The notes under the pieces were generated by a model. It made no database searches. It saw only the letters and a list, made by a program, of their open reading frames with translations, and was not told where the DNA came from. Position numbers and translations under genes: made by a program. DNA of 64,000 nucleotides from an uncultured cyanobacterium. GTDB lineage: Bacteria; Cyanobacteriota; Cyanobacteriia; Cyanobacteriales; Nostocaceae. Location: positions 3,136,001 through 3,200,000 of the forward strand of contig OY970166.1 in NCBI GenBank assembly GCA_963706595.1, read 5' to 3'. Below, piece after piece: positions 51,940 to 63,002 of the stretch (position 1 is the stretch's first letter; each line of letters starts with the position of its first letter).

Positions 51940-53892
51940 TTAACCTATTTCTTTGTTGTTTTGGCTGGAGTTTGGTGTTGGGTTATGAACTAAAGAGAGA
52001 TTACTATCTGTGTCAGTTTTTATTGGGTGATTATTACGGACTAATTGGCTAATTTGACCGATTAATTCGCCTAATTTACCTTCATCAAGGAGGGTGTTGA
52101 TTAAGGAAAGTCCACTGGTAGATAGCATTAATTTGTTAATATCTTGAGCGCCATTACTGCCGTTTGCGCCAGGGAATGAGTAAATTCGAGTATCTCCTAA
52201 AACTCCTGGTTGTGGGGCTAGGGCTGTGAGAATTTCTGGGAGTTTAGCAGCTAATTCTGGCCAAATTGTGGTCAGTAGTTGGGCTGTCAGGTTGGCGTTA
52301 CTAATGGTATTTTCGGCGGCTATTTTAACTTTGATGGCTTCGGCTTCTGCTAAAACTTTATCGCGGTTAGCTGCGGCGAGGATACGAATGGCCTCTGCTT
52401 CTAATTCTGCGGCTTCTTGGGCGATTTCTGCTTGACGACGACGGCGGAAGGCATCGATTTCAACAACGTTGCGATCGCTTATACTCCGTTGTTGGGCTTC
52501 TCTTTCGGCTGCAATTGTGGATAACCGCTTGTTACGTTCGGCTTTTTCGATTTCCCCGGCTGTCTGCACGGATGCTTCGGCTGTGGCTTGTTCTGCTTGG
52601 GCGAGAAAGCTTTCACGTTTTTTCACAGAAATAGCAATTTCTAAATCTTCTTGAGCAATTCGTGCTAGTTTTTCTGACTCCACTATCTCCACTTGAGCTT
52701 TGAGTCTACCAGCATCTACCTTCTGTTTCCGGAAAATTTCCGCAATTTCTGCTTCTTGTTTTTGCAGTGATTGTGATACCTTTAAATGTTTATTGCGTTC
52801 TTCGAGGGCAATATCAGCTTCAATTTGGCTTTGTTGCAAAGATAATTTTCGGCGAATTTCTTCTTCTTCAACTGATTTTTCTTGCAAAATTCTACTGCGT
52901 TGAATCGCTGCGGCTTCTTTATCTTTTGCTTCTTGGATTTCCCGTTCTCGCTGTGCCTTGAGTGCCTCTACTTGAAATCTTTGCTCTAATTTAGCACTTT
53001 CTTGTTCTTGGGCAATTTGGAGCGATCGCTTTTGGGCATCTAGTTCTTTTTGCTCTATTGCTACTTGACTTGTTAATTCAACTTCTCGTTTTTGTTGAAT
53101 TGAACGCTGAATAATTTCTGTTCTTAAACGCACACCTTGGGCATCAAAGAAACTATCAGGATCATAAGTAACGCTTTCTAAGATTTCCGAAATGGCAATA
53201 TTATTGAGAGTTAGCCCAACTTTCTTCAAATCTGGTCCCACTAAATTCAATACTTCTTGGGCAAACCCCAATTTATCAGAATCTATTTCTGCGATTTCTT
53301 TGGTTTTAGCTGCGGCTCTAATGGCATCATCTGCCCGTTTGTCTAAAGCTTTTTTAATGTCATCAGAAGTAATTATAGTACCACTTTGAGATAATTTTGC
53401 TGCTGCTGTCAAAACATCTTCTTCTGAGGCATTGATACAGACATAAAATGTGACTTTAATATCTGCTCTCAAATAATCTTTAGTCCGCACAGCCATTGTT
53501 CCAGTGCGTTCTACATCAATGGAAATTTCTCGCAGAGGTACACGGGTGAGTTGATGAAATCCCGGTAAAACAATGCAACCACCATAAAGAATCACCGATT
53601 TCTTTTTGGTAAATAAACCCCCAGTCCTGACAAAAGCTTCGTTGTTGGGTGTGACTACATAAATTCTTGTGTAAGCATATAAGCTCAATAGCAACAAGAA
53701 AATTAAACCACCGATAATTCCTGGTAATACTAAGCCATTATTGATTTGAGCGATAGTAGGCTGAACTGTAATTGGTGAGATACTTTGAGCGAGTGTTGTA
53801 GTTTGCTGCTGTTTTGGTTGTAACTGAATCTTGGGAATTTCTGATACAGGAATAGTTGGTAAAGACTGGATAAAAGTTAACCAAAATAACAT
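51940..53892 (-). CDS. Flotillin/SPFH-domain protein (YqiK-like)
   Basis: TM segment followed by SPFH (EAFVRTGG, VRTKDYLRAD) and a long EA-rich coiled coil. Confidence 0.9.
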   Translation of the reverse strand: MLFWLTFIQSLPTIPVSEIPKIQLQPKQQQTTTLAQSISPITVQPTIAQINNGLVLPGIIGGLIFLLLLSLYAYTRIYVVTPNNEAFVRTGGLFTKKKSVILYGGCIVLPGFHQLTRVPLREISIDVERTGTMAVRTKDYLRADIKVTFYVCINASEEDVLTAAAKLSQSGTIITSDDIKKALDKRADDAIRAAAKTKEIAEIDSDKLGFAQEVLNLVGPDLKKVGLTLNNIAISEILESVTYDPDSFFDAQGVRLRTEIIQRSIQQKREVELTSQVAIEQKELDAQKRSLQIAQEQESAKLEQRFQVEALKAQREREIQEAKDKEAAAIQRSRILQEKSVEEEEIRRKLSLQQSQIEADIALEERNKHLKVSQSLQKQEAEIAEIFRKQKVDAGRLKAQVEIVESEKLARIAQEDLEIAISVKKRESFLAQAEQATAEASVQTAGEIEKAERNKRLSTIAAEREAQQRSISDRNVVEIDAFRRRRQAEIAQEAAELEAEAIRILAAANRDKVLAEAEAIKVKIAAENTISNANLTAQLLTTIWPELAAKLPEILTALAPQPGVLGDTRIYSFPGANGSNGAQDINKLMLSTSGLSLINTLLDEGKLGELIGQISQLVRNNHPIKTDTDSNLSLVHNPTPNSSQNNKEIG

Positions 53893-53911
53893 GATTTTGC
53901 GCCCTAATTAT

Positions 53912-54583
53912 TTAAGTTTTATTTCTGGGGTTAGAGTTAGCTAACCAAAGTTGTTCATCTATTGTGTCTTTGGCAATTACAAGATAATTTTTTGGTTGAT
54001 TTTCAATGATAATCACTTGCTCACCACGTTGTGGGGCAATAGTTGCCCATTCTGGTAAAGCAGCACTAATTGTGAGAAAATTCTGTTTTGAATCTAGTAC
54101 ATCTACTTGACCAATTTTATCCACCTTTTCATTGGGAATATAAAAAGAACTCACAGTACCAATACAACCAATCAAGCGATCGCTACTGGCATCTTCACCA
54201 AAATCTGCAAAAAGTTTGCCAATTATTTCGGCAATAAATCTTCCCACTAATAAGCTAAGAATTAACGAAATTACTAAAATAGTACCGCTAATAAAGGCAC
54301 TCCAAGCACCATTAATTATGCCACTAGCCCAAGTATTTAATATTAGTCCAATCAGTCCCCACAAACTCAAATCTGCTGCTAGTAATAAGATGAGTGGAGC
54401 CTTACCAATACCTAGCCATCCCAAGGCTTGACCAAAACTTAAATCGCCATCTGTATCCGCATCAAATTCGGCATCTGTATCCGCATCTGCATCTCCCCCA
54501 CCAGAAATGATCACGAACAAAAACAGCAATACTCCCATTCCCAGGAATATCCAATAAGGCAAGTTGGCGGGACTAAACAGCAT
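53912..54583 (-). CDS. YqiJ/DUF1449 (NfeD-like OB-fold) membrane protein
   Basis: N.PYWIFL, acidic DADADTD loop, LGWLGIGKAPL and LIGCIGTV; lies upstream of the flotillin. Confidence 0.85.
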   Translation of the reverse strand: MLFSPANLPYWIFLGMGVLLFLFVIISGGGDADADTDAEFDADTDGDLSFGQALGWLGIGKAPLILLLAADLSLWGLIGLILNTWASGIINGAWSAFISGTILVISLILSLLVGRFIAEIIGKLFADFGEDASSDRLIGCIGTVSSFYIPNEKVDKIGQVDVLDSKQNFLTISAALPEWATIAPQRGEQVIIIENQPKNYLVIAKDTIDEQLWLANSNPRNKT

Positions 54584-55241
54584 AAAAATTTGTCAATGCT
54601 ATGTATTTGGCTGTTGTGCTACACTAAAATGTCAGGAAAATTACACCTGTCCACGCAACATTCTACATTTTATATTTCGCAGTTAATTTTTATTTGAATA
54701 CAAGAAAATATTTATTTATATTTGTTAGGATTTCTACCGAAAAAGTTAAGTTATTTACTAAGGCATAAAATATTTTTTGTCAATATTGAAAATATTAAAT
54801 TTGTATTAAATAGTCTGTTGGAAATCATTAGCGATTAATTATATGGCGGTTCTTAGTTGAGTGAGATATAAGAACCCCACCCCCAACCCCCTCCCCGCAA
54901 GCGAGGAGGGGGCTATGATGTACCAAAAGAGGCAGGGGTGCAGGGTGCAAGGGGGAGTAAGAAATTACTTTAAACTTCTGGTTACTTAGCAACTATTCCT
55001 CTTCTCCCCTGCACCCTGCCCCCTGCCCCCGTTCCTCTTCTCCCCTGCACCCTGCCCCCTGCCCCCATTCCTCTTCTCCCCTGCCCCCTGCCCCTTGTCC
55101 TCTTCGCTGACTCATGCTTTGGTAGTCCCAGAGAAGTAAGACGGGATGGGGAGGCAGGAAAATTTCGCCTTTAAGCCCTTTAAGTTTTAACCTTTCTGGC
55201 GCTAGAATTGTTACAATTCTTTCAGATTAGACATTGAAGCC

Positions 55242-57681
55242 TTGATCCAATCTGAGACCTTAGACCTACTCGAATGGCATCGCCTTTGCCAGCATCTTTC
55301 CACATTTGCGGCAACTAAGCTAGGGGCGATCGCATCACTTCGTTTGAACATCCCTACATCTCAAGCAGCAAGTCAACAGTTGTTAGCACAAACCAAAGAA
55401 GTCTACCAACTGGAAACTCGGACGACAACAGGACTATCTTTTGAGGGGATTCAAGATATTGGGGATTCCTTGGAACGCGCCGAACTTAGCGGTATTTTAG
55501 CAGGGGATGAACTGCTGGCGATCGCTACCACTTTGGCCGGAACGAGAAATTTACGCCGTGTCATTGACAACCAAGAAGATTTGCCCACATTGGCGGATTT
55601 AGTCGCCGATTTGCGGACTTATCCCGAATTAGAGCAAGAAATACACCGTTGTATTGATGAACGCGGCCAAGTAACTGATCGTGCGAGTCTGAAATTGGGA
55701 GAAATTCGCACAGATTTGCGGAAAGTACGCAGTCAAATTACCAAGAAACTGCAAAATATTTTACAAGCAAAATCTGGGGCAGTTCAAGAACAGATTATCA
55801 CTCAACGGGGCGATCGCTATGTCATCCCGGTGAAAGCACCCCAAAAAGATGCCATTCCCGGCATTGTGCATGATACTTCAACCAGTGGCGCGACTCTTTA
55901 CGTAGAGCCTAATTCTATAGTGCCTCTGGGTAATCAACTGCGGCAGACTATTAGAAGAGAACAAACAGAAGAAGAAGTAATTCGCCGGACATTAACACAA
56001 AAAGTAGCGGAAGTCAAGCCAGATTTAGAACGGTTGTTAGCAATTGTGACAACTTTGGATTTAGCCACCGCCAGAGCGAGGTATAGTTTCTGGTTAGGAG
56101 CAAATCCCCCCAGATTTATCAACCGTGAAGACAATGAAATCATTACCCTGCGGCAATTACGGCATCCTTTGTTAGTGTGGCAACAGCAGCACGAACAGGG
56201 TCAAGCTGTGGTTCCCGTAGATTTACTCATCAGTCCCCATCTGCGGGTAGTCACGATTACCGGACCGAATACCGGGGGTAAAACAGTCAGTTTAAAAACC
56301 CTAGCTTTAGCAGCATTAATGGCCAAGGTAGGGTTATTTGTTCCTGCCCGTGAACCAGTGGAAATACCTTGGTTTGACCAAGTATTAGCTGATATTGGGG
56401 ATGAACAATCGTTACAGCAAAGTTTATCGACATTTTCTGGACATATTCGCCGAATTAGTCGAATTTTGAATGCCTTGGATCACGAGGAACAGCCAGAAAA
56501 TACTACCCCATCTCCTACTTGTACAGACGCGATTCATCGCGTCTCTAGCAACTCACTCGTTCTCCTCGATGAAGTCGGCGCAGGAACTGATCCAGTAGAA
56601 GGTAGTGCTTTGGCGATCGCCTTACTGCAATATCTCGCCAATCATGCCCAGCTAACCATTGCGACCACTCACTTTGGTGAATTGAAAGCGCTGAAATATG
56701 AAGATGAGCGATTTGAAAATGCTTCGGTAGAATTTGATGAAAGTACCTCTTTCGCCTACCTATCGTTTATTGTGGGGAATTCCTGGACGTTCCAACGCCT
56801 TGACAATTGCCCGACGTTTGGGTTTAAAACCAGAAGTGGTGACACAGGCGAAAACTCAGGTAGGAGGGGCGACAGACGAAGTTAATCAGGTGATTGCTGG
56901 GTTAGAAGCGCAACGCCGCCGCCAAGAAACCAAAGCTGCGGAAGCTCAAAGTTTGTTGCAGCAAGCAGAACGTTTATACAAGGAAGTTTCGGCAAAATCT
57001 GATGCTTTGCAAGAACGGGAAAAAGCTTTGCGGGCTGATCAGGAAGTTGCAGTACAGCAAGCGATCGCACAAGCTAAAGGTGAAATTGCCCAAGTGATTC
57101 GCCGCTTGCAAAAAGGCACACCAAAAGCCCAAGATGCCCAACAAGCAACGGATGCGTTAAATCAAATTTCCCAGAAATATCAGCCCAAAGTAGCGCCTAA
57201 GCCCAAAGTAGGGTTTATGCCGAAAGTAGGCAATCGCGTCCGGCTTTCTCAGTTTGGGCAAACAGCAGAGGTTTTAACCGCCCCCGATGCTGATGGTGAA
57301 TTTAGTGTGCGTTTTGGCATCATGAAAATGAGCGTGAAGCTGGAAGACATCGAATCTTTGGATGGTCAAAAACCTGAACCAGTTGTTAAACAAAAGCCAG
57401 CCCCAGCCGCAGTCACTCAACCAGAACAAAGCGTCCCAGCGATTCGCACCTCTCGAAATACAGTGGATTTGCGTGGAAAACGGGTAGCTGATTCGGAGAT
57501 TGTTTTAGATAAAGCCATTTCAGAAGCTACAGGCCCCCTATGGATTATTCACGGACACGGCACTGGTAAGTTGCGCCAAGGAGTTCACACCTTTTTGCAC
57601 CAACACCCCAGAGTTAGCCACCATGAACCCGCAGCACAGGCAGATGGTGGTAGTGGTGTCACCATTGCCCACGTCAAATAA
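55242..57681 (+). pseudogene. mutS2: MutS2 endonuclease, split by a +1 frameshift at ~56748 (real or sequencing error)
   Basis: GPNTGGKT, DIGDEQS, LLDEVGAGTDP and ENASVEFD are in frame 1. LSPTYRLLWGIPGRSNA through Smr (IIHGHGTG, GGSGVT) are in frame 2. Confidence 0.92.
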
Positions 57682-57742
57682 ACTGGCAATAAATATCACG
57701 GGCGCAGACTCATAAATTTTTAATATCTAATTACTAATTGTT

Positions 57743-58095
57743 TAGGAGTTACGCATTGACAATAAATACCAAATATGTTTAACACTAAGCACATATTTCG
57801 TAGGGGTTTAGCAATGCTCATACGTGTCAACTTAAGATTAAATCGGCGGTTAAAAACCGCATCTACACAGGCAAAACCCACCTCCGTGGGTTTCAGATCC
57901 TCGATTTTTCCTGAGTCCGCGCAGGCGGACTTTGTTTGTGTAGCCGCGACTTCCAGTCGCCGGGGCTTTGTTTGTGTAGCTAAACCCCTACCACACGGGT
58001 ATATTTACTATCAACATAATCATTGTTCAAAGCCGGAAATTGGCTATTTTCGGTGACAGTATACCATGATTAATTTGTACAGTGCGTAAGTCCTA
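57743..58095. mobile_element. MITE of the AGGACTTACGCA family with a 5-bp duplication and nested inserts
   Basis: TAGGAGTTACGCA...TGCGTAAGTCCTA, with TTGTT at 57738-57742 and 58096-58100. Confidence 0.85.
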
Positions 58096-58391
58096 TTGTT
58101 TTGATATTCTTAGTAATTAGCAATTAGATATTAACTGCATTCAGTAAGGTCTATTTATACATTTATACGGAAATAATGCTTTTCTTTCGGAAGAACTTGA
58201 TCGGTTTAGTCAAGTAAATTTCTTGAAAATTAATTTTCATCTAGTAGAGTAAGACAAAGACTATTGCTGTTGACCAAAAAGAGCAAAGCTTGCGGCAGCT
58301 TCTAGCTAATAGCGATGGGAAACCAACCTGGAGATTTCAGAGTCTGGTTTCAAAATGGGTAACAGCAACAGCCCCTACAGCCTGATCACCT

Positions 58392-58997
58392 ATGCTAAAA
58401 GTTATGCACTCGGCCGCCGATTCAGCCACACCCAATCCCCAGTGGGCGGATTTAATTAAGCTTCCAGCCCCAAACACAGTTAAGTGGGACAACATCAAAA
58501 CCCAGTTAGACTTGGTGCTGTTGGCGCTAGAAACTTTAACTGGTATTGGTTCCGAGGCCATGCTGTCTGCGGCAATTAATCTGAATTTAGAGTCAAGAGT
58601 GCCAGACCGGGTAGCTTTATGGCGCTTGCGTCAGTCTAACCCCTTACGGAAAGGTCAAGGTGGGCGAAAAAAGCTAGATGTGGAAGAAGCGCGATCGCTG
58701 GTTCTCATTAACTGCTACCTCGCCAAACAGCACCAGGAGTTGATTCGCCGTGCTGTTGGTCTATTAGAACAAATGGCGGAAAACAAGCGGGAACCTCATC
58801 AGGCTGCCTTACTTGGAGATTACATCGATGCTTTTTGCAATACTTACCAAGAACGGATGGAAGAAGACGACCAAATAACCACGGATCTACTCACCCACTT
58901 GGCGCTAAAACTGCTTGTAGATTTACTGTTTTACAGTGCGCCTGGTGGACATCGCCGTTTCTGGCTAGCACTCATAGACAGTTCTGCAAAATTTTAG
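58392..58997 (+). CDS. DUF3038 family protein
   Basis: Motifs LDLVLLALETL, RVALWRLRQSNPLR and KLLVDLLFYS..GG.RRFW. Confidence 0.85.
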   Translation: MLKVMHSAADSATPNPQWADLIKLPAPNTVKWDNIKTQLDLVLLALETLTGIGSEAMLSAAINLNLESRVPDRVALWRLRQSNPLRKGQGGRKKLDVEEARSLVLINCYLAKQHQELIRRAVGLLEQMAENKREPHQAALLGDYIDAFCNTYQERMEEDDQITTDLLTHLALKLLVDLLFYSAPGGHRRFWLALIDSSAKF

Positions 58998-59024
58998 ATA
59001 ATCGTCTCCCTCGCCGTTCCTGCC

Positions 59025-60599
59025 ATGCCACCATTAAATTCTGTCATTAGACGCTACACACCTCCGACTTGTACCTTAGAAATATTGGCGCAAAGTTCAC
59101 CTTTATCCCATTGGATGGGAAAAACGGTGATTAAGCAGCTTACCTTTGAACTCCACTTTGATGATCCGCAACTACCAGAAGAAGGTAGAATCAAAATTCG
59201 GGGCGATCGCGATCAACTAGAAATCTTGTGTGATGTTGTCACCAGCTACGTCCAAGAATTTCTCCAACAACCCCCAGATAACTTTTGGCTGAGTCTTTGT
59301 GAACCCCAAGATTCTAGTAAAGTATCTGATGATTTAGAATTCACGGATTTTCAGCCATCTTTACAACCAACCATTAAAAACCTCAAATCTTTCAAAGACC
59401 AAACAGAGAACAAAATTTACTTAGAAACAGGCAGTTATTTAACTCACAATCTGTTTCTTGGACCCCTTGCTAACGACATATCTGGTTCTGTAATTCAACT
59501 GAGTTTATTGCAACTATTCGATTTAGCAACTGCTTTAGACGAATATTCTGCTGATGTCATGGCGTTACCAAATCTCCATAACAATAATAAAGTTCTGCAA
59601 TTACCAACTTGGGCCCCTATTGCCGCAGTCATGGTTTTAGGTATAGGTTTATTACCCATAACTTTGCAATTTGCCAACAATAACCGCCAAAATCAGCCAC
59701 AAATAGCGGCAACATCAAATCCAGAAACAGCGCAAACAGCCCTGGAACCCTCAGCTTCTCTGCCCACATTACCACCAGGATTTACACCCCCGGATGATGT
59801 GAAACCGCTACCTCCAGGCTCAGACTCTCAATTTCCTTCCCCTAATTTTCCTCAACAGCCACCGACAGCATCTAATTCTGGTCTGTTGAGCAGTTCCTCT
59901 TCATCTTTACCATCTCAACAAGATCCACTGTCTATATTTGAGACTAAAATCCCCAATATAGAAAGTAATGCCCAAGGTACTGCCTCTACAAGAATTCCCC
60001 CACAAATTGCTATCCAGCCAAATCCTCAGAGTGAAAGTGCGCTACCCCAAAGGCGGACTTTACCCCCTAACCTATCTGCTAACAGAGACACATTACCCAG
60101 TACCTCATCAGTTCCCTTGTCTGTGTCTACTAATCCCAACAGCAATATTAGGCAGACTTCTTCCTCCTCTGACATCAAGATCCAGCAAATAGAAGAAAGA
60201 ATTAATGCTGCTGTCAATGCGGCTAATGAGGCAGATAATAATTCCTTAGTGGGGAGATTAACTAATGAACCCGTAAAGCCGAAATCTGAAGAGTTAACCT
60301 CGGCGAGGACGTTGTTTGACACACCTCAAGTAGCAGAAGCTAGAGAAATCTTTACAAAGCGCTGGCAACCACCAACTGGATTCACGCAAACATTAGAATA
60401 TAGTTTAATGGTGGCTGTTGATGGTAAGCTAGAAAGGATATATCCCCTCAATCAAGCTGCCAGAACATTCGTTGAAAATGTGGGGATGCCTGAAATTGGT
60501 CAACCCTTTGTTTCTGCTAATAAATATGGACAAAATGTCAGGATTCGAGTTGTTCTCGGTCCTGATGGTAGGGTTCAAACATTTCCTGAAGATGAATAA
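59025..60599 (+). CDS. DUF4335 domain protein
   Basis: RRYTPPTCTLEI, LSLLQLFDLATALDEY, one TM segment, a Pro/Ser linker and a conserved C-terminal domain. Confidence 0.8.
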   Translation: MPPLNSVIRRYTPPTCTLEILAQSSPLSHWMGKTVIKQLTFELHFDDPQLPEEGRIKIRGDRDQLEILCDVVTSYVQEFLQQPPDNFWLSLCEPQDSSKVSDDLEFTDFQPSLQPTIKNLKSFKDQTENKIYLETGSYLTHNLFLGPLANDISGSVIQLSLLQLFDLATALDEYSADVMALPNLHNNNKVLQLPTWAPIAAVMVLGIGLLPITLQFANNNRQNQPQIAATSNPETAQTALEPSASLPTLPPGFTPPDDVKPLPPGSDSQFPSPNFPQQPPTASNSGLLSSSSSSLPSQQDPLSIFETKIPNIESNAQGTASTRIPPQIAIQPNPQSESALPQRRTLPPNLSANRDTLPSTSSVPLSVSTNPNSNIRQTSSSSDIKIQQIEERINAAVNAANEADNNSLVGRLTNEPVKPKSEELTSARTLFDTPQVAEAREIFTKRWQPPTGFTQTLEYSLMVAVDGKLERIYPLNQAARTFVENVGMPEIGQPFVSANKYGQNVRIRVVLGPDGRVQTFPEDE

Positions 60600-60627
60600 C
60601 TCATAATTCGTAACTGATAATAGTTAT

Positions 60628-60661
60628 GTATCAGGTAGGGATTTACATCTCCACCTGATAC
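60628..60661. terminator. Stem-loop between convergent genes
   Basis: GTATCAGGT.G.GAT...ATCTCCACCTGATAC. Confidence 0.5.
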
Positions 60662-60696
60662 AAGACCGCCTATAGAGGCTTGATAATTGCGAATTA

Positions 60697-61155
60697 TTAA
60701 TGGGGTTTTTGGTTTTTTAACTTTTGTTTTTTACGTCGCCGTTCAGCAGCATATACAGCCTGTTCAACTGGATAGCCCGCAATAGGTATAGCCTGATATT
60801 TGCGTTCTTCTTCTAACTTTTTCAGTTCGGTGTAATCAACCCAATGGATGCAATCGACTGGACAAGTATCAATTGCTTCTTGGATGATATCCTCGCCGTC
60901 ACCATCTTGGCGAATCACGCGCGATCGCCCATAATCTGGTTCAATGTAGAAGGTGTTACGCGCCACATGAGCGCAGTGTAAGCAGCCAATGCAGGTGATT
61001 TCATCAACGTAAACACCCTTTTGACGCTCAATACCACCCAATTCCGGCTCTAAACCAGAGCGTTCTGGGTCATCTCGTAAGAAGCCGCCTAACTCTGGTT
61101 CCAAACCGTTCTGGTTCTCTTCTGGTTCAGACTGCGAGGGCAGAAAATCAGCCAT
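60697..61155 (-). CDS. Single-cluster ferredoxin (Fed7-like)
   Basis: VYVDEITCIGCLHC and AIDTCPVDCIHWV. Confidence 0.9.
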   Translation of the reverse strand: MADFLPSQSEPEENQNGLEPELGGFLRDDPERSGLEPELGGIERQKGVYVDEITCIGCLHCAHVARNTFYIEPDYGRSRVIRQDGDGEDIIQEAIDTCPVDCIHWVDYTELKKLEEERKYQAIPIAGYPVEQAVYAAERRRKKQKLKNQKPH

Positions 61156-61541
61156 TACGCACTCCAGCGTTGTACTACTAAGCGAATTGAGCCATCTTGA
61201 TTTTTTTCTTGTTCAGTCACTTGAAAGCCTGCGCGAGCGGTTTCTTTGACAACAGACTGATAAGCATAGCGTTGAGTCACTTGGCGTAAGAAGCCATCGA
61301 CAGACAAGCCTTGTTGCCAATATTGCAAGTCAGCCACCAACTCATATTCTTTGCCATTCCATCTAAAACCGATGTCATAGCCATTTTCCTGCTCAATCGT
61401 GACTTCCGCAGGATGAGTTTGACCGCGATAGCCACGGACTTCGCGAGGGCCGGGTTTCCAGTCTATGCCCAATTCTGTTAGAGCATCTTTCAAAGAATCA
61501 AGGTTACGGATTTGAGTTTTAATTTGGCTAAAGTGTGACAT
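61155..61541 (-). CDS. ycf35: DUF1257 / Ycf35 protein
   Basis: MSHFSQIKT and DIGFRWNG..YELVADLQYW. Confidence 0.9.
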   Translation of the reverse strand: MSHFSQIKTQIRNLDSLKDALTELGIDWKPGPREVRGYRGQTHPAEVTIEQENGYDIGFRWNGKEYELVADLQYWQQGLSVDGFLRQVTQRYAYQSVVKETARAGFQVTEQEKNQDGSIRLVVQRWSA

Positions 61542-61580
61542 GGCAGTTGTGAATAAATGACACGAAACTTTTAAAAAAAT

Positions 61581-61790
61581 TTACCAATCGCTGTATGTGG
61601 CTTGGGTAGTTGCTACAGCTGATTGTTGCACCTGTGCGGCGAAGAATTCTGAGGTTGGCTGATGACTAAGTACTTGTCCCAGTTGTGCTTCTATTGCTGC
61701 TGTAACCTCAGCGCAAGAATTGCCCACAATGCCAGTGACTGTTTCTTGTACTCGACCGTCTGGATAGATGATGAACTCTAATGTCTCCAT
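61581..61790 (-). CDS. DUF2997 family protein
   Basis: IYPDGRVQETVTGIVG.SC.EVT..IEAQLG. Confidence 0.88.
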   Translation of the reverse strand: METLEFIIYPDGRVQETVTGIVGNSCAEVTAAIEAQLGQVLSHQPTSEFFAAQVQQSAVATTQATYSDW

Positions 61791-62366
61791 GCTTTTAGCC
61801 AACCTTGATAGTACGTTTGAACTTTACTGCCTGAGCAGCCGGCTAAAAATATAGCCATCGGAACATTGTTACTTAGATACAAACTTGCCATTTGTGAACA
61901 AATGTTCCATCTCTCAAAATATATATCTCAGAATCTTTACAAATTTTATTAATATTATAAGCACATACATCAGTTATTAGTTAGTTTCGCTTAACATACT
62001 AAATTAGTCAAGCTCACAATTCCGCAGCCAAGATGAGCTAGAAAAGCCCTCAAATCGAGCATTAGCAGTAGTTTAACCCGTGCTGTGGTTCATAAAAGTA
62101 TACATTTTATTGAAAAATTTTATCATTACCATTGAATATACACTATTCTTGCCATAGATAGTTTCAATGAAGATAGTGTACCCCAGTAGGATTATTTCAT
62201 CTGTGCGCGAAAATAGGGGGTCTTCTTCACAAAACAGTAGGGTGTGTTGTCGCGCAGCGCAACGCACCGTCAACAATTCCAATACCACATAAAACGCCCT
62301 ATCGATAATTTATATTTTTTATATACATTTAATTAATTTCTCTCACTTACTTTTTTAGCAAAATAG

Positions 62367-62984
62367 CTAAGGCGATCGCAACCACCCTAAAAAATCTTTT
62401 GTACTGGCGAAATATTTCTGTATTCCTGCTGCGCTCAATATTTGCTTAATCTCTTTTGTCCCAAAGTCCTTAGAGTTTCCAGTCAACAGAACTTTCTGAG
62501 CATCTGAAGAGGTTTTAGCGTGATTAAGAATAGAATGCAAAATTAAATTATCTGTGGGATCAGGAATAAATTTCTGATTGAGACTGTCTATAAGTATAGA
62601 TGATTCTAGATTTATTAAATCTACATTATTTGCCGTCCATTTTAAAACTTCAAAAAGGCGATTTTCAATATCATCAGCCATTGCTTCATTATTAAGTTTT
62701 GCAATTTGAAGAGAACGCAAAATTTCAGCAGAATATTTTGACTTGATATTTCCTTTCAGTTCATTTCGTTCTTTTTCTAACTTTTCTGCAAAATCATGTC
62801 TCCTTCTGCGTTCATCTGCTAAAACGGAAAGAGACTCCATATAACAAATTGCAGGAGTCACAATTCTAATATTTGATATTTCCTCCAACTCCAACTCTTG
62901 AGGATAGATTAAAATCCGAGAATTTTGGTCTTGGTTTTTAGCAAAGCTAATAAAAAAGTTAGTTTCAATATAGAGTGTAGTCAC
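62367..62984 (-). CDS. PIN-like domain protein
   Basis: LYIETNFF, DPTDNLILHSIL and LLTGNSKDF; GTG start. Confidence 0.75.
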   Translation of the reverse strand: MTTLYIETNFFISFAKNQDQNSRILIYPQELELEEISNIRIVTPAICYMESLSVLADERRRRHDFAEKLEKERNELKGNIKSKYSAEILRSLQIAKLNNEAMADDIENRLFEVLKWTANNVDLINLESSILIDSLNQKFIPDPTDNLILHSILNHAKTSSDAQKVLLTGNSKDFGTKEIKQILSAAGIQKYFASTKDFLGWLRSP

Positions 62985-63002
62985 TAGATTTTATACCTTA
63001 AA

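Noticed and set aside
56740..56760. Programmed ribosomal frameshift in mutS2
   Set aside because: There is no slippery sequence or obvious stimulatory structure; a simple 1-nt insertion explains it.
57775..58056. 93-aa ORF
   Set aside because: It lies wholly inside a nested MITE/REP structure and has no protein motif.
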